Sequence record: PP496438.1
Length of the DNA: 64,000 bases
Strand: one strand, 5' to 3'
The position numbers and the translations under genes are program-made. Positions within the stretch are counted from its first letter, which is position 1; the number at the start of each line of letters is the position of its first letter. Below are positions 47,336 to 56,841 of the stretch, piece after piece. The notes under the pieces were generated by a model that worked only from the letters and a program-made list of their open reading frames with translations, was not told the DNA's origin and did not search any database.

Positions 47336-47349
47336 TGTAAATGGGGTTG
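47336..47349 (+). promoter_or_regulatory. candidate phage promoter TGTAAATGGGGTTG
   Basis: Intergenic; 15-nt identity with 45804-45818; right arm of a CCCCATTTGC...GTAAATGGGG inverted repeat. Confidence 0.55.
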
Positions 47350-47423
47350 CTTATCAGCGTTGCAATGTGTTACGCTGGATTGGACCCATATTATTCCGAT
47401 AACCGAACCACCGAGGTATCACC

Positions 47424-47855
47424 ATGAGCTTCTCCGTAACCGTAGCTGCACAGACCATCGCTGCCCCCGAGTCGCTGGGTAGCCCGAAAGGCATCAGCGT
47501 CCTCGAAGCCAACGAAGGCTTTGCTGTCATCGAATTCCAACGTCCTCGCGCCTCGAAGCGTGACCAGATCGCCGTCCCTCGCGTCCAGATCCTTTCCCTG
47601 AGCCACGGCAGCGCCGACGGCGACAGCGGTTACCTGATCGCTCAAGGCATGGCCGGTGTGGCCGACGAATTCGAAGCCGCAAGCTTCACCATCGAAGGCA
47701 ACGTTGCCACTTTCGTGACCGCTGAAGGCGCCACCATCGAAACCGACGCACGTCTGACCCGTATCCTCGCTTACGGCGTGGAAGAGGGAGAAAACAGCCT
47801 GCTGGGTAAGCCGGAAAAGAAAGTAAAACCGAAAGCAAGCACCAAGAAGAAGTAA
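47424..47855 (+). CDS. abundant hypothetical protein with Lys-rich tail
   Basis: Strong codon bias, GAGG RBS, own terminator. Confidence 0.75.
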   Translation: MSFSVTVAAQTIAAPESLGSPKGISVLEANEGFAVIEFQRPRASKRDQIAVPRVQILSLSHGSADGDSGYLIAQGMAGVADEFEAASFTIEGNVATFVTAEGATIETDARLTRILAYGVEEGENSLLGKPEKKVKPKASTKKK

Positions 47856-47884
47856 TCAACACGGCCCGCGCCGGTTGAACTAAG

Positions 47885-47916
47885 AAAAAGCCCCTTCCGT
47901 TTGGTTGGGGCTTTTT
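47885..47916 (+). terminator. intrinsic terminator
   Basis: AAAAAGCCCC...GGGGCTTTTT. Confidence 0.8.
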
Positions 47917-47935
47917 CGTTATACCGAGGTGTCCC

Positions 47936-48256
47936 ATGGCTAAAGACAGATTCCTGATCTACTCCAAAAACTGCTTAGGGTGTAAACACCTCGTTGATGG
48001 AGCCAAGAAGACCTACACTGCGTGTCACTACAGTGAAGGCAACGAACGCTGCCCCGCGCAGTACGTCCAGATTATTACGGGTGTGGATATCCATGCCTTG
48101 GCTACTGAGTTGGCAGACGCCATCAGGGCTAACAATTCCAAGAAGTACGATCGGGTGAATGCCAAGATCGGTAAATTGGACACTGTGATTGCCAGTAGTG
48201 TGAAGCTGGCCGCAGATAACCTAATAGTAGGGGCCGGTGATGGCGAAGGTAAATAG
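47936..48256 (+). CDS. hypothetical Cys-containing protein
   Basis: 106 aa; CLGCKH, CHY and RCP; GAGG RBS. Confidence 0.65.
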   Translation: MAKDRFLIYSKNCLGCKHLVDGAKKTYTACHYSEGNERCPAQYVQIITGVDIHALATELADAIRANNSKKYDRVNAKIGKLDTVIASSVKLAADNLIVGAGDGEGK

Positions 48257-50210
48257 TAAGCAGGAAGGTTACAGCGCCGACAGCGTTCGGGCATTGACCG
48301 GTCTGGAAGTAATCCGCAACAACATCTCTATGTACATCGGGTCTACTGACTCTGACGCACTGTTCACTCTGGCTCGCGAACCGTTGGATAACGCGGTGGA
48401 TGAGGCGCTGGCTGGTCGTAACGATGAAGTGTTCTTCCGTGCACACGGCACATGGAAAGGTTCAGCGTTCACGCCGACCGTCATGCTGATCGCAGACAAC
48501 GGCACCGGCATCCCGATTGAGAAGCCGAAGGGTGAGACGCGTTCCGCACTGGAGATCGTGACCAGTCACGTGCACGGTGGCGGCAAGTTCAAAGATGCGG
48601 GCGCCTACGCTGCATCGATTGGTACGCACGGGGTGGGTATCAAGGCAACCAACGCCCTGTCCTCCTCGTTCTCCGCGTACACGTTCCGTAATAAGAAGTG
48701 GCACGTGATCCACTACAAAGATTCCAAGCTGGTTAAGCCTCCAGCGGAAGCCAGCGCAGTAGAGTTGAAATCCCTGTGGGGTGAACTGGGGGAGACCCGG
48801 AAGCGCGGCACCGTCATTCGCTTCTGCCCGGACTACAGCTTCCTCGACAAAGGTTCGGCACTTTCCATCGCTGACCTGACCCACTGGTTCGAGCTGCGCG
48901 CCTACTTCAACTCAGGCATCAGGTTCCGCATGGAGTACGCCCAAGCCAAGAAGGAAGACTTCAAGGCGTTGGAATTCTACCACGATGATGGTCTGAACGA
49001 CTACATGAAAATGCGCTTGAAAGAACTCAAGTGCGAGCTGATGACTGACAGTCACTTCTCTATCCACACGCCACATCTGGACGTGATCCTCGCATTCAGT
49101 GATACCGACGGCTGCAAGGTGGACAGCTACACCAACACCATGTACAACTCTGTTGGCGGCAACCATCAGCGTTCCACGTTCACCCTGATCTCCGACGCGC
49201 TGGCCCCGTACGCAGGCAAGCTAGAATTCCACAAGGACGACATTCGTGAAGGCGTGGTCGGCCTGATCAACTTCAAGATCGATACGCCGAAGTTCGCCAG
49301 CCAGACCAAAGAACGCTTGGCTGACCCCCGCTTTGAGATCCTGTGCACTGAGGAACTGGAAGAGGCGCTCTCCAAGTTCTTCAAGAAGAACAAGGATCTG
49401 GCAAAGCAGCTTTGCGAGCGGGCAGCTCGACTGCGTGACCTAAAGGACAAGTTCAGCCTGACCAAGAAGGCGGCAACTGCCCTCAAGAAGTTGCGTTCAG
49501 GCGGATCTCTGCTGCCGGGCAAGCTGACCGAGGTTAAGGACTGCTCCGTAGAAGAGCGTGAGCTGTTCACGGTGGAAGGTGACTCGGCGGGCGGTACGGC
49601 CAAAGGCGCTCGTATGCAGGAACCGTACCGCTATCAGGAAACGCTGGCCCTCAAGGGTAAGATCCTGAACGTGATCAAGGAAGTGGAAAAGGGCAAAGGC
49701 GACGCCATCTGGGACTCCCACGAAGTGCAATGCATCTTGACTTCCCTCGGCTACAAGCCCGAAGCCAAAGACCCACTCAAGGAACTGCGCGTGGGAAAGA
49801 TGATCCTTATGGCCGATGCCGACGATGACGGTGCCCACATCGCCATGCTGCAGATCGCGTTGATCGCCAAGTTCCTCCCAGGCATGTTCGACATGGGCAT
49901 GGTGTATATCGCCGACCTGCCCAAGCGTATGTGCACGGTCAAGGAGAAGGGCCGGAACAAGATGTACTTCGGCAACACGGTCGATGAGATCAAAGCCCAG
50001 ATCCCACACGTCAAGGAACCGCCGATTGTTTATCTGAAAGGGCTGGGTGAGATGAACGCTGACGCATTGCGTTACACCGCCTTCGATCCGACCACCCGCA
50101 AGTTGATCAAGATCATGCCGCCGTCCGCCGCTGACTTGCTGGACATCGACCGGCTTATGGGTGTGTCCACGGCTGAGCGTAAGCGCTTGCTGGGCATCGA
50201 GACCGAGTAA
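48240..50210 (+). CDS. type IIA DNA topoisomerase subunit B (GyrB/ParE-like)
   Basis: EPLDNAVDE, DNGTGIP, HGGGKF, GTHGVG, VEGDSAGG and DADDDGAHI. Confidence 0.95.
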   Translation: MAKVNSKQEGYSADSVRALTGLEVIRNNISMYIGSTDSDALFTLAREPLDNAVDEALAGRNDEVFFRAHGTWKGSAFTPTVMLIADNGTGIPIEKPKGETRSALEIVTSHVHGGGKFKDAGAYAASIGTHGVGIKATNALSSSFSAYTFRNKKWHVIHYKDSKLVKPPAEASAVELKSLWGELGETRKRGTVIRFCPDYSFLDKGSALSIADLTHWFELRAYFNSGIRFRMEYAQAKKEDFKALEFYHDDGLNDYMKMRLKELKCELMTDSHFSIHTPHLDVILAFSDTDGCKVDSYTNTMYNSVGGNHQRSTFTLISDALAPYAGKLEFHKDDIREGVVGLINFKIDTPKFASQTKERLADPRFEILCTEELEEALSKFFKKNKDLAKQLCERAARLRDLKDKFSLTKKAATALKKLRSGGSLLPGKLTEVKDCSVEERELFTVEGDSAGGTAKGARMQEPYRYQETLALKGKILNVIKEVEKGKGDAIWDSHEVQCILTSLGYKPEAKDPLKELRVGKMILMADADDDGAHIAMLQIALIAKFLPGMFDMGMVYIADLPKRMCTVKEKGRNKMYFGNTVDEIKAQIPHVKEPPIVYLKGLGEMNADALRYTAFDPTTRKLIKIMPPSAADLLDIDRLMGVSTAERKRLLGIETE

Positions 50211-50268
50211 TCCACCCCATTGCATACCCCGATCCGTTGCGCACCGCCTGGAGCGTTATACGCGGTCG

Positions 50269-50281
50269 GGTAAATGCTGGG
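50269..50281 (+). promoter_or_regulatory. candidate phage promoter GGTAAATGCTGGG
   Basis: Intergenic, upstream of the 50296 gene. Confidence 0.5.
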
Positions 50282-50295
50282 TAGTGAGGTGATTC

Positions 50296-50511
50296 ATGCG
50301 CAACACAACGATGAAGGCGGTCAAGTGCACGACATGCCGAGGTCAGGGATTCACTGTGGATACGTCTAGGTCCAAAGGATCGATGGACGAACAGATAGAC
50401 CGATGCTATATGTGCAAAGGAACGCAGACAGTAATCGTCAAGATAGCTGATCCTTCCCCGGAAGACCAAGCTGATCCGTACGCTGCCCTATACGAACAGG
50501 ATAAGAAGTAA
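50296..50511 (+). CDS. small DnaJ-type zinc finger protein
   Basis: CTTCRGQG...CYMCKGT (CxxCxGxG pair); TAATG-coupled to the topoisomerase A subunit. Confidence 0.6.
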   Translation: MRNTTMKAVKCTTCRGQGFTVDTSRSKGSMDEQIDRCYMCKGTQTVIVKIADPSPEDQADPYAALYEQDKK

Positions 50512-52019
50512 TGGCGAAGCCAACGAGCAAGACCCGAGCTGCCAAAGTTAAAGCGGGAATCGCAGCAGACGTAAACATCCGGGAAGTTCCCATCCTGGAA
50601 TGGTCTATCGAGGCGTACATCGATACATACGCTAAGATGACTCTGGAAGACCGGGCCATCCCCGACGTGATCGACGGACTGATGCCTTCTGAGCGCCGTA
50701 CTATCTGGGCAGCTCACGTCCTGAATGCCCACCACGAAGGCAAGTTCTACAAAGCCGCCCGTATCGTCGGTGACGTGATCGGCAAGTTCCACCCTCATGG
50801 TGACACGTCGGCGTATGGTACGCTGGTTAAGAGCGTGATGCATCTGTGCCACCCATATTTCCTCGGGCAAGGTAACTGGGGTACGGTCGAGGAGCCCAAG
50901 AAGTTCGCGGCCATGCGGTACACTGAGACGAAGCTGTCCAAATACAGCGGACTGGTCTTGCTGGACAAGGACTACTTGGCCGTGACCGAGATGGTGCCCA
51001 CGTACGACGGATCGTTGCGAGAGCCCTTCGTGCTTCCGGCGCTGCTCCCCAACCTGCTGATCAACGGCACGTATGGAGTGGCGACCGGCGCGACCACGTA
51101 TTGCCCGTCGTTCAAGATCGAAGGGGTTATTGCGCTGGTACAGAAGGCCCTGAAAGGTTCGAAGCTCCGTGCACGTGACTGCCATAACCTGCTGGAGTTC
51201 AACACCCCGTACGGCGGCTATGCTGTCGTAGACGAGGACGATGAAGAAGAGGTGGCGGAACTCACCAGCATCTTCGAGACGGGGGTGGGTCGAGTCTACT
51301 ATGCCTGCGACTACGAGCTACTGGAAGACAAGCATGCGGCATTAGTGACGGGGTTTGTACCTTATCAGTCGGTGACCGCAGCTGTACTCAAGATCGGTGA
51401 AGACGAGCGCGTCGCCGAAGTAAAAGACGTGTCGGGTATCAATGACGCAGGTGATGTTGAAATCGCCTACCAGATCACGTTCAAGCGCAGCGTCAGCAAG
51501 ATGATGTTGCAGGAAGTGGCCGACGAAGTACTGTCTGCGTTCGACCGGGTTCAGAACTTCAAGATGAACGTCAACCAGCGCCGCTGGAACGAGATGGACG
51601 GTAAAGCTAACTCGACGTTTGGTAGCACCGGCGTGCTCGGCGTAGTCGAGACGTGGGTGGCATGGCGGCTGGCGCTGGAACAACGGTACCTGGAGTACAA
51701 GAACTCGAAGCTGGAGCAACGCAACTGGGCCATCAATACCCTGCTGCTTGCGGCCAACGCGCTGGATGTCATCATGGCAGGCTTGAAGCGGGATGACACT
51801 GAGTCCTACATAAAGTCCAAGCTCAAGATCACTGATGAGCAGGTCGAGTATATCCTTGACCGTCAAGTGCGGTCCCTGAAGAAGCTGAATCAGGATCGGC
51901 TCAAGTCTGAGCTGAAAGAAAACCTGGCGACCATCAAACACCACAAGGAAATGATCAAGACTCCAGAGGTTCCTGTGGCGGCACAACTAAAAGACTTCGC
52001 CAAGACACTGGCTGAGTAA
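50511..52019 (+). CDS. type IIA DNA topoisomerase subunit A (GyrA/ParC-like, no CTD)
   Basis: DRAIPDVIDGL, GKFHPHGD, GQGNWG, AAMRYTE (catalytic Tyr) and PNLLING. Confidence 0.95.
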   Translation: MAKPTSKTRAAKVKAGIAADVNIREVPILEWSIEAYIDTYAKMTLEDRAIPDVIDGLMPSERRTIWAAHVLNAHHEGKFYKAARIVGDVIGKFHPHGDTSAYGTLVKSVMHLCHPYFLGQGNWGTVEEPKKFAAMRYTETKLSKYSGLVLLDKDYLAVTEMVPTYDGSLREPFVLPALLPNLLINGTYGVATGATTYCPSFKIEGVIALVQKALKGSKLRARDCHNLLEFNTPYGGYAVVDEDDEEEVAELTSIFETGVGRVYYACDYELLEDKHAALVTGFVPYQSVTAAVLKIGEDERVAEVKDVSGINDAGDVEIAYQITFKRSVSKMMLQEVADEVLSAFDRVQNFKMNVNQRRWNEMDGKANSTFGSTGVLGVVETWVAWRLALEQRYLEYKNSKLEQRNWAINTLLLAANALDVIMAGLKRDDTESYIKSKLKITDEQVEYILDRQVRSLKKLNQDRLKSELKENLATIKHHKEMIKTPEVPVAAQLKDFAKTLAE

Positions 52020-52046
52020 CCCAATCCGAAACATGAGGCACATCCC

Positions 52047-52739
52047 ATGGCGAGCACGCTGGGCATTAAAGAAGCACAAGACATACTGGGGCTGGAACCG
52101 GGCGCTGACCTTGCCGATGTCAAAAAGGCCGTACGCAAGCTGTGCCAGAAGTTCCACCCGGACAAGGAAGGCGGTGACCCTGAGATGTTCCGGCGTGTGC
52201 GGGAAGCCGGGGAAATGCTGGAGGAAATTCTGGCGGATCACGACATCATCCCGAACGAGGAATATCTGGACGCGCTCAACTACGTCATCACCATGCTCGG
52301 CCAGAAGTACGTGGAGGCTGAGATGAACGGGATGAACGCCCGACGCCGGGTCGCGATCAAGATGACCAACGACGTTTTCAGCTTCCACAATCTGCAGCAA
52401 GCGGCATTCGCAGCGGCAGCACCGCCTAGCGCAGAGTCCTACGTGCTGAACGAACTTGAACAGGAGATCAACGTCAACATCGATGAGTTCAAGTCATCTA
52501 TCGACCGTCACTCCGTTCAAGGTAAAGGGCTGCGCATGTTGATGCAGAACATGAAGGCGCCGAAGATGGCCTACTCCGTGTGGCAAGACGCTCGGGATTC
52601 CTTGGCGCAGGCTATTCGCCAGCAACGCAACAACATCCGCATGGCTAAGATACGGATGCAAGCACTGGAAGAGTTCGAAGCCATCCAGCACAAGCGCAAG
52701 CAGGAAGCCATTCGTCTGGCCCATGGGGTGCGCTCATGA
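52047..52739 (+). CDS. J-domain (DnaJ-like) protein
   Basis: ILGLEPGA...KKAVRKLCQKFHPDKEGG with the HPD motif; helical C-terminus. Confidence 0.85.
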   Translation: MASTLGIKEAQDILGLEPGADLADVKKAVRKLCQKFHPDKEGGDPEMFRRVREAGEMLEEILADHDIIPNEEYLDALNYVITMLGQKYVEAEMNGMNARRRVAIKMTNDVFSFHNLQQAAFAAAAPPSAESYVLNELEQEINVNIDEFKSSIDRHSVQGKGLRMLMQNMKAPKMAYSVWQDARDSLAQAIRQQRNNIRMAKIRMQALEEFEAIQHKRKQEAIRLAHGVRS

Positions 52740-53347
52740 TCTCGGAGCAAATGTTGCACTGGTTGAAGACCGCAGCTCCGTGGAAGCCCGTGCTGATCGT
52801 GGATATCGACGGTGTGATCTTGAACAACGAACATCGCCTGCATCACATCGTGCACACGGTGGACGGCGTTCAGGTGAACCGTACGGATGCGGACTGGGAG
52901 GCCTTCCATGCCAAAGGGTCCATGGATACGCCGGGCGCGGCAGCAGCGTTCATTGAGGCAGCTTACAACACGTTCACTCCGATCTTCGTTACGGCCCGTG
53001 TCGCCTTTGGTGAGCAGCGCAAGCACGTGCACGATATGCTGGTTAAGACGTTGCCCAAGATCAAGGACATCAACTGGCGTACAGGTTGCCCGTCCAAGGA
53101 TGAGATATTTCCATTGTTCATGCGCGCGCCCAACGAGAACTGGGACACACAGAAGGTGGGCGGTGGGGACGCCATCGTGCACCACTCTGATTACAAGCGG
53201 GTGGCGATCCAGTGGCTTCGGGCTCAAGGGATCAAACCCATGGCCGGTCTGGATGACTCCCTGACCATTTGCAAGATGTTTGCGGAGGAAGGCCTCCTGA
53301 GCTTGCGAGTGCACAATCACGTAGCAGATGCGGCGCTGATGCGCTGA
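52736..53347 (+). CDS. HAD-family phosphatase (PseT/PNKP 3'-phosphatase-like)
   Basis: VDIDGVI, FVTAR, YK and LDDS. Confidence 0.8.
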   Translation: MISEQMLHWLKTAAPWKPVLIVDIDGVILNNEHRLHHIVHTVDGVQVNRTDADWEAFHAKGSMDTPGAAAAFIEAAYNTFTPIFVTARVAFGEQRKHVHDMLVKTLPKIKDINWRTGCPSKDEIFPLFMRAPNENWDTQKVGGGDAIVHHSDYKRVAIQWLRAQGIKPMAGLDDSLTICKMFAEEGLLSLRVHNHVADAALMR

Positions 53348-53357
53348 GGATAAGAAC

Positions 53358-53738
53358 ATGAAGACTGAACAAGAAATGCAGCGCGCCAAGGTTTCCCAAT
53401 CGATGGCCGCGCTTCTTAACGATGCCGTCGGTGGATCGATAGGACCTTCGTTGCGTGACCTGGGCAATGCGGTCATGGGTAAACCTGAAGCAGCTCACGA
53501 AGGTGGTATGTCCGCCACCATGCGACAGGAGAAAGAGTCGCTGGAAAAGTTCGGTGATAACTACCTCACCATGATGAGCAGACCTAAACACAAGCGCAAG
53601 GTGGTGAACCGAGCGATCAAGCGGGTCAATGCCATCGTCTCCAAACACGGCGTGTGCCCAAAGGTTCTGGCGCCGGTCCGCTTCGTGTCGTCCAAGAAGG
53701 ACGTGTTCAAACTGGCTAAGATCAAATCGATCTGCTAA
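53358..53738 (+). CDS. hypothetical protein
   Basis: 126 aa, GAGGA RBS. Confidence 0.7.
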   Translation: MKTEQEMQRAKVSQSMAALLNDAVGGSIGPSLRDLGNAVMGKPEAAHEGGMSATMRQEKESLEKFGDNYLTMMSRPKHKRKVVNRAIKRVNAIVSKHGVCPKVLAPVRFVSSKKDVFKLAKIKSIC

Positions 53739-53752
53739 TCGAGGGCAAGACC

Positions 53753-53893
53753 ATGAATGACTATCCCGTGTATCCGTACCACTCTGCACAGGCAAAAGAT
53801 TTTCGTAAGAACTTCGCAGAGGCACGTGCCGCTGGACTCCCTGAGTTCACGTGGGAAGGTCGACGTTACACCACCAAACGAGCAGACGATTAA
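53753..53893 (+). CDS. small protein (46 aa; below the track cutoff)
   Basis: MNDYPVYPYHSAQAKDFRKNFAEARAAGLPEFTWEGRRYTTKRADD; GAGG RBS. Confidence 0.65.
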   Translation: MNDYPVYPYHSAQAKDFRKNFAEARAAGLPEFTWEGRRYTTKRADD

Positions 53894-54029
53894 ACCAATG
53901 CCCGGCCTAACCGTCGGGCATTGTCGCCTGTTGACATCCCGCTTCGACGTGTGGCATACTGGCACCATGGGGCTACCATGGCCCCGGAAATGCTGGACCG
54001 ACCAGCCACTGTCCTAAGAGGAATGCACC

Positions 54030-54452
54030 ATGTCCAAGCCCGTACCGACCCTGTTCATGAAGGCCCCGTTCGAACTCGTCTGGGGTAAACCGGAGGATGG
54101 CAACGAACTGCCGGGATCTCCGTTTGACGGCATCAACGTCAAAGGCAATGACTACGCTGCCAGCGCACAAGATCTGATGCTGCTGCACACGATGGTCGAT
54201 GACTGGGCCTTCGTTCGCTTCACCGTGTTCGGCTTCGAGTTGACTCTGGATCAGATGCTGATGCTTTGCTGGTGGGAAGACAAGTGCCCGGCACACTGGT
54301 CAATGGCAGAGCATGTGGACAATCCCCAGGTTAATACTGCCAGTCATAATGAGGCAACTCTCGCCCAGCGCTGTGCCCAGATTCTTTCAGTGGCATTGGG
54401 TAGCGCGGGAAATTGCATTCTTGATATCGAGTCAAATCCCAGCAAGGTCTAA
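54030..54452 (+). CDS. hypothetical protein
   Basis: 140 aa, GAGGA RBS. Confidence 0.65.
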   Translation: MSKPVPTLFMKAPFELVWGKPEDGNELPGSPFDGINVKGNDYAASAQDLMLLHTMVDDWAFVRFTVFGFELTLDQMLMLCWWEDKCPAHWSMAEHVDNPQVNTASHNEATLAQRCAQILSVALGSAGNCILDIESNPSKV

Positions 54453-54508
54453 TTCACACACGGACCTTTCGGGGTCCGTTCACTTTCTGTCCCAAAGAGG
54501 AATGTAAC

Positions 54509-54862
54509 ATGAGCCGTGCACCCGTCCGCAACCAGGTCTACACCTATGGCGAAATCATCGACGATCTGTTCCTGCGTGACACCCCGTGTCTGATGGTGTA
54601 CGTCGGTGATGGGGGTAGCCCGATCAAGAGCTACTATCCCGTCAACTCTGATCTCACTTACGAGGAACTGCGTAAGCTGCCGGGCTGGGAAGACAGCCGC
54701 TGGACGTTCGTTCGTGAGACCAGTGAATGGATTCCAGTCTTCCACTGGGACAATGATCAAGGTAGCCCGACGCAACTGGTGCAGGTGAACCGTAGTGAGT
54801 ACTACGATCTGGAGCACACGTCCATGGATCGTCTTATCGTAACACCGAAAGAGGTAGTCTGA
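54509..54862 (+). CDS. hypothetical protein
   Basis: 117 aa, GAGGA RBS. Confidence 0.7.
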   Translation: MSRAPVRNQVYTYGEIIDDLFLRDTPCLMVYVGDGGSPIKSYYPVNSDLTYEELRKLPGWEDSRWTFVRETSEWIPVFHWDNDQGSPTQLVQVNRSEYYDLEHTSMDRLIVTPKEVV

Positions 54863-54863
54863 A

Positions 54864-55328
54864 ATGATCCAGATGGCACGTGACATTGACTTTTCCCTTC
54901 CGCACTCCAGCTCCAACTCGGTCAATTTTATCTTGCGTGTGGGCAAGATAAAGAACGGTGAGCGTGTGGATTCCTTCGCGTCAGACGAGTTGAAGCTTAC
55001 ACTCGAATCCACCAATCTAGAAGGGGTGCTTATCAGCCTGTTGGCTAAAGCGTCCAACTTAGAGCTACCTACCGTTGCGTGGGCCGGACTTGAGTATCTT
55101 ATCGAGCGTGTCCAGCGGCAGTACGATTATGCTGTTATCGAGAACAGCTTCTACCGAACCATTCAAGGCTCTGATAGTAAGGGTACGGGTATTCGCCGTA
55201 ATAAGCAGGTGACCGGCAACCGGGAGTACACGTTGAAAGAGTGGGCAGCGTGCTTCCTCCGGGGCCAAGGTGCCTACCCTGAGTACGAGCGTGAGTTCTT
55301 GTCGAGCCCTTGCCCACCCCAATTCTGA
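54864..55328 (+). CDS. hypothetical protein
   Basis: 154 aa, in operon. Confidence 0.65.
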   Translation: MIQMARDIDFSLPHSSSNSVNFILRVGKIKNGERVDSFASDELKLTLESTNLEGVLISLLAKASNLELPTVAWAGLEYLIERVQRQYDYAVIENSFYRTIQGSDSKGTGIRRNKQVTGNREYTLKEWAACFLRGQGAYPEYEREFLSSPCPPQF

Positions 55329-55337
55329 GTAACCGAT

Positions 55338-55832
55338 ATGAAGATCCAACGGATTGAAAAGACCACGATAACTGATCTGATGCTTCGGGCATTGAGTCAG
55401 GGCTTCTTAGTCAACGCGTACCACGACAATAAGAAAAGACCAGTGGTCATGGTGGTGCGTATCCATGAAGACAAGGTGAAGCTGGTCAGCCATACGACCG
55501 GTAAGAAGTACGTCCACATGCTGGCTCAATCTCTTGCCGATGCCCACGCATTGTTCCCCGGAGTTCGTGCCGTAGACGAACCAGTGGCAAAGAAAGACCT
55601 TACTCCCTTGCTAGTGCAGGCAATGGAACGCGGGTTCCGTATCCATGGAAGCGGGCCAAGAGAGAAGGGAGAGACTACTCACTCGGTGATGATCTCAAAG
55701 GACACCGACACTGAAATACTGGTGCTGGGCGCAGCCACCGAAGAAGATCACTGTGATGCACTGGAGAAGGTGTTGAAACTGGCGCTGGAGCGCTTCGGCC
55801 AGGTAGTCCCGATCACCAAAAATAAAGTTTGA
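55338..55832 (+). CDS. hypothetical protein
   Basis: 164 aa, in operon. Confidence 0.65.
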   Translation: MKIQRIEKTTITDLMLRALSQGFLVNAYHDNKKRPVVMVVRIHEDKVKLVSHTTGKKYVHMLAQSLADAHALFPGVRAVDEPVAKKDLTPLLVQAMERGFRIHGSGPREKGETTHSVMISKDTDTEILVLGAATEEDHCDALEKVLKLALERFGQVVPITKNKV

Positions 55833-55857
55833 CAGCCAAAACTGGCTCTGATACAAT
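55829..55857 (+). promoter_or_regulatory. sigma70-type promoter
   Basis: TTGACA-17 nt-TACAAT. Confidence 0.8.
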
Positions 55858-55908
55858 GTATGTGCCGCGCCGTAAAGCGGCACACTACCCGAAGTGAAAG
55901 GAACCGAG

Positions 55909-56811
55909 ATGACCAAAACATTAGCGCTGGCTCCTATGGAGAAAGCAAACCTGATACAGGACGCTGAGTTCGCCGCGACCGCCATCAAAGAGTTGCTCAC
56001 CCTGCTGATCGAGACCACTACCGAGTTGAAGAAAGAGCACGAAGACCCAATGTCTGCGGCCAAAGCTCGGTGTGATGAGTTGAATAAGACGGTGACCAAG
56101 ATTGTGTCGTCGCACAACGCCAAGAACCCTGAATTCATGTTGGCTATCGAGTCTGTGACCCGAGTGATCAACCATACCGTCTCAATCATGGACTTGACCA
56201 AACGTCGAGGATTGAGAGTCGGTAAACCCTATCTCCTAAGCTACAAGAAAGAGCTGGCTGACAAGCTGGTTCAACTCGTAGACTTTCATCAGTTCTCAAA
56301 AGGACTGCCTGTAAAAGGGACGAAAGACGCCTTGTCTGATACCGTGGTAGCACTCGCCGCCGATGCCGACAGCATCGATGCAAAGGTGAAAGCTAGCTCG
56401 GACAACTCCAAGAACCCTGTGTTCATGATGGAGATGAATATCGTCCCGCCGTTCAACTACTTCTACGTACAACCCCGCAAGTTCCTGCTCCACAAGCTCG
56501 CCTTCGACCGCATCGGCAAAGGTGACAACAGCGACTTCATCGTGCTGAAGAAGCAAAAGGTTCTGGTGGTGGACAACGTTGCCGCCGAGAACTACAAGAT
56601 GGAACCGCTGGAGCTGGCCGCTACGCTGATCGAAGCCATCAATCTGAAACGCCCCGCTGGCACATCAGAGCTGGCGATGGTGATGGAAGAGCATGCGTCA
56701 CTCAAAGGCAGTTCAGGCTACACGTTCTACTGGGTGGTTCCTCTGCCCACGCTTCACGTGCTGCAACCCATAATCGGCCAAGGTACCCTCGCTTGGGGCT
56801 TGGCAGTCTAA
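55909..56811 (+). CDS. hypothetical protein (300 aa)
   Basis: AAGGA RBS before ATG 55909. Confidence 0.75.
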   Translation: MTKTLALAPMEKANLIQDAEFAATAIKELLTLLIETTTELKKEHEDPMSAAKARCDELNKTVTKIVSSHNAKNPEFMLAIESVTRVINHTVSIMDLTKRRGLRVGKPYLLSYKKELADKLVQLVDFHQFSKGLPVKGTKDALSDTVVALAADADSIDAKVKASSDNSKNPVFMMEMNIVPPFNYFYVQPRKFLLHKLAFDRIGKGDNSDFIVLKKQKVLVVDNVAAENYKMEPLELAATLIEAINLKRPAGTSELAMVMEEHASLKGSSGYTFYWVVPLPTLHVLQPIIGQGTLAWGLAV

Positions 56812-56841
56812 TCCGTTCACCCACCATAAAGAGTAATTGAA

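Noticed and set aside
53898-54017. Possible 39-aa ORF MPGLTVGH...
   Set aside because: Weak RBS and no recognisable motif; left uncalled.
54461-54478. CGGACCT-TTCG-GGGTCCG hairpin as a terminator
   Set aside because: Stable hairpin but only a weak U-tract; it could be a stabiliser or processing site.
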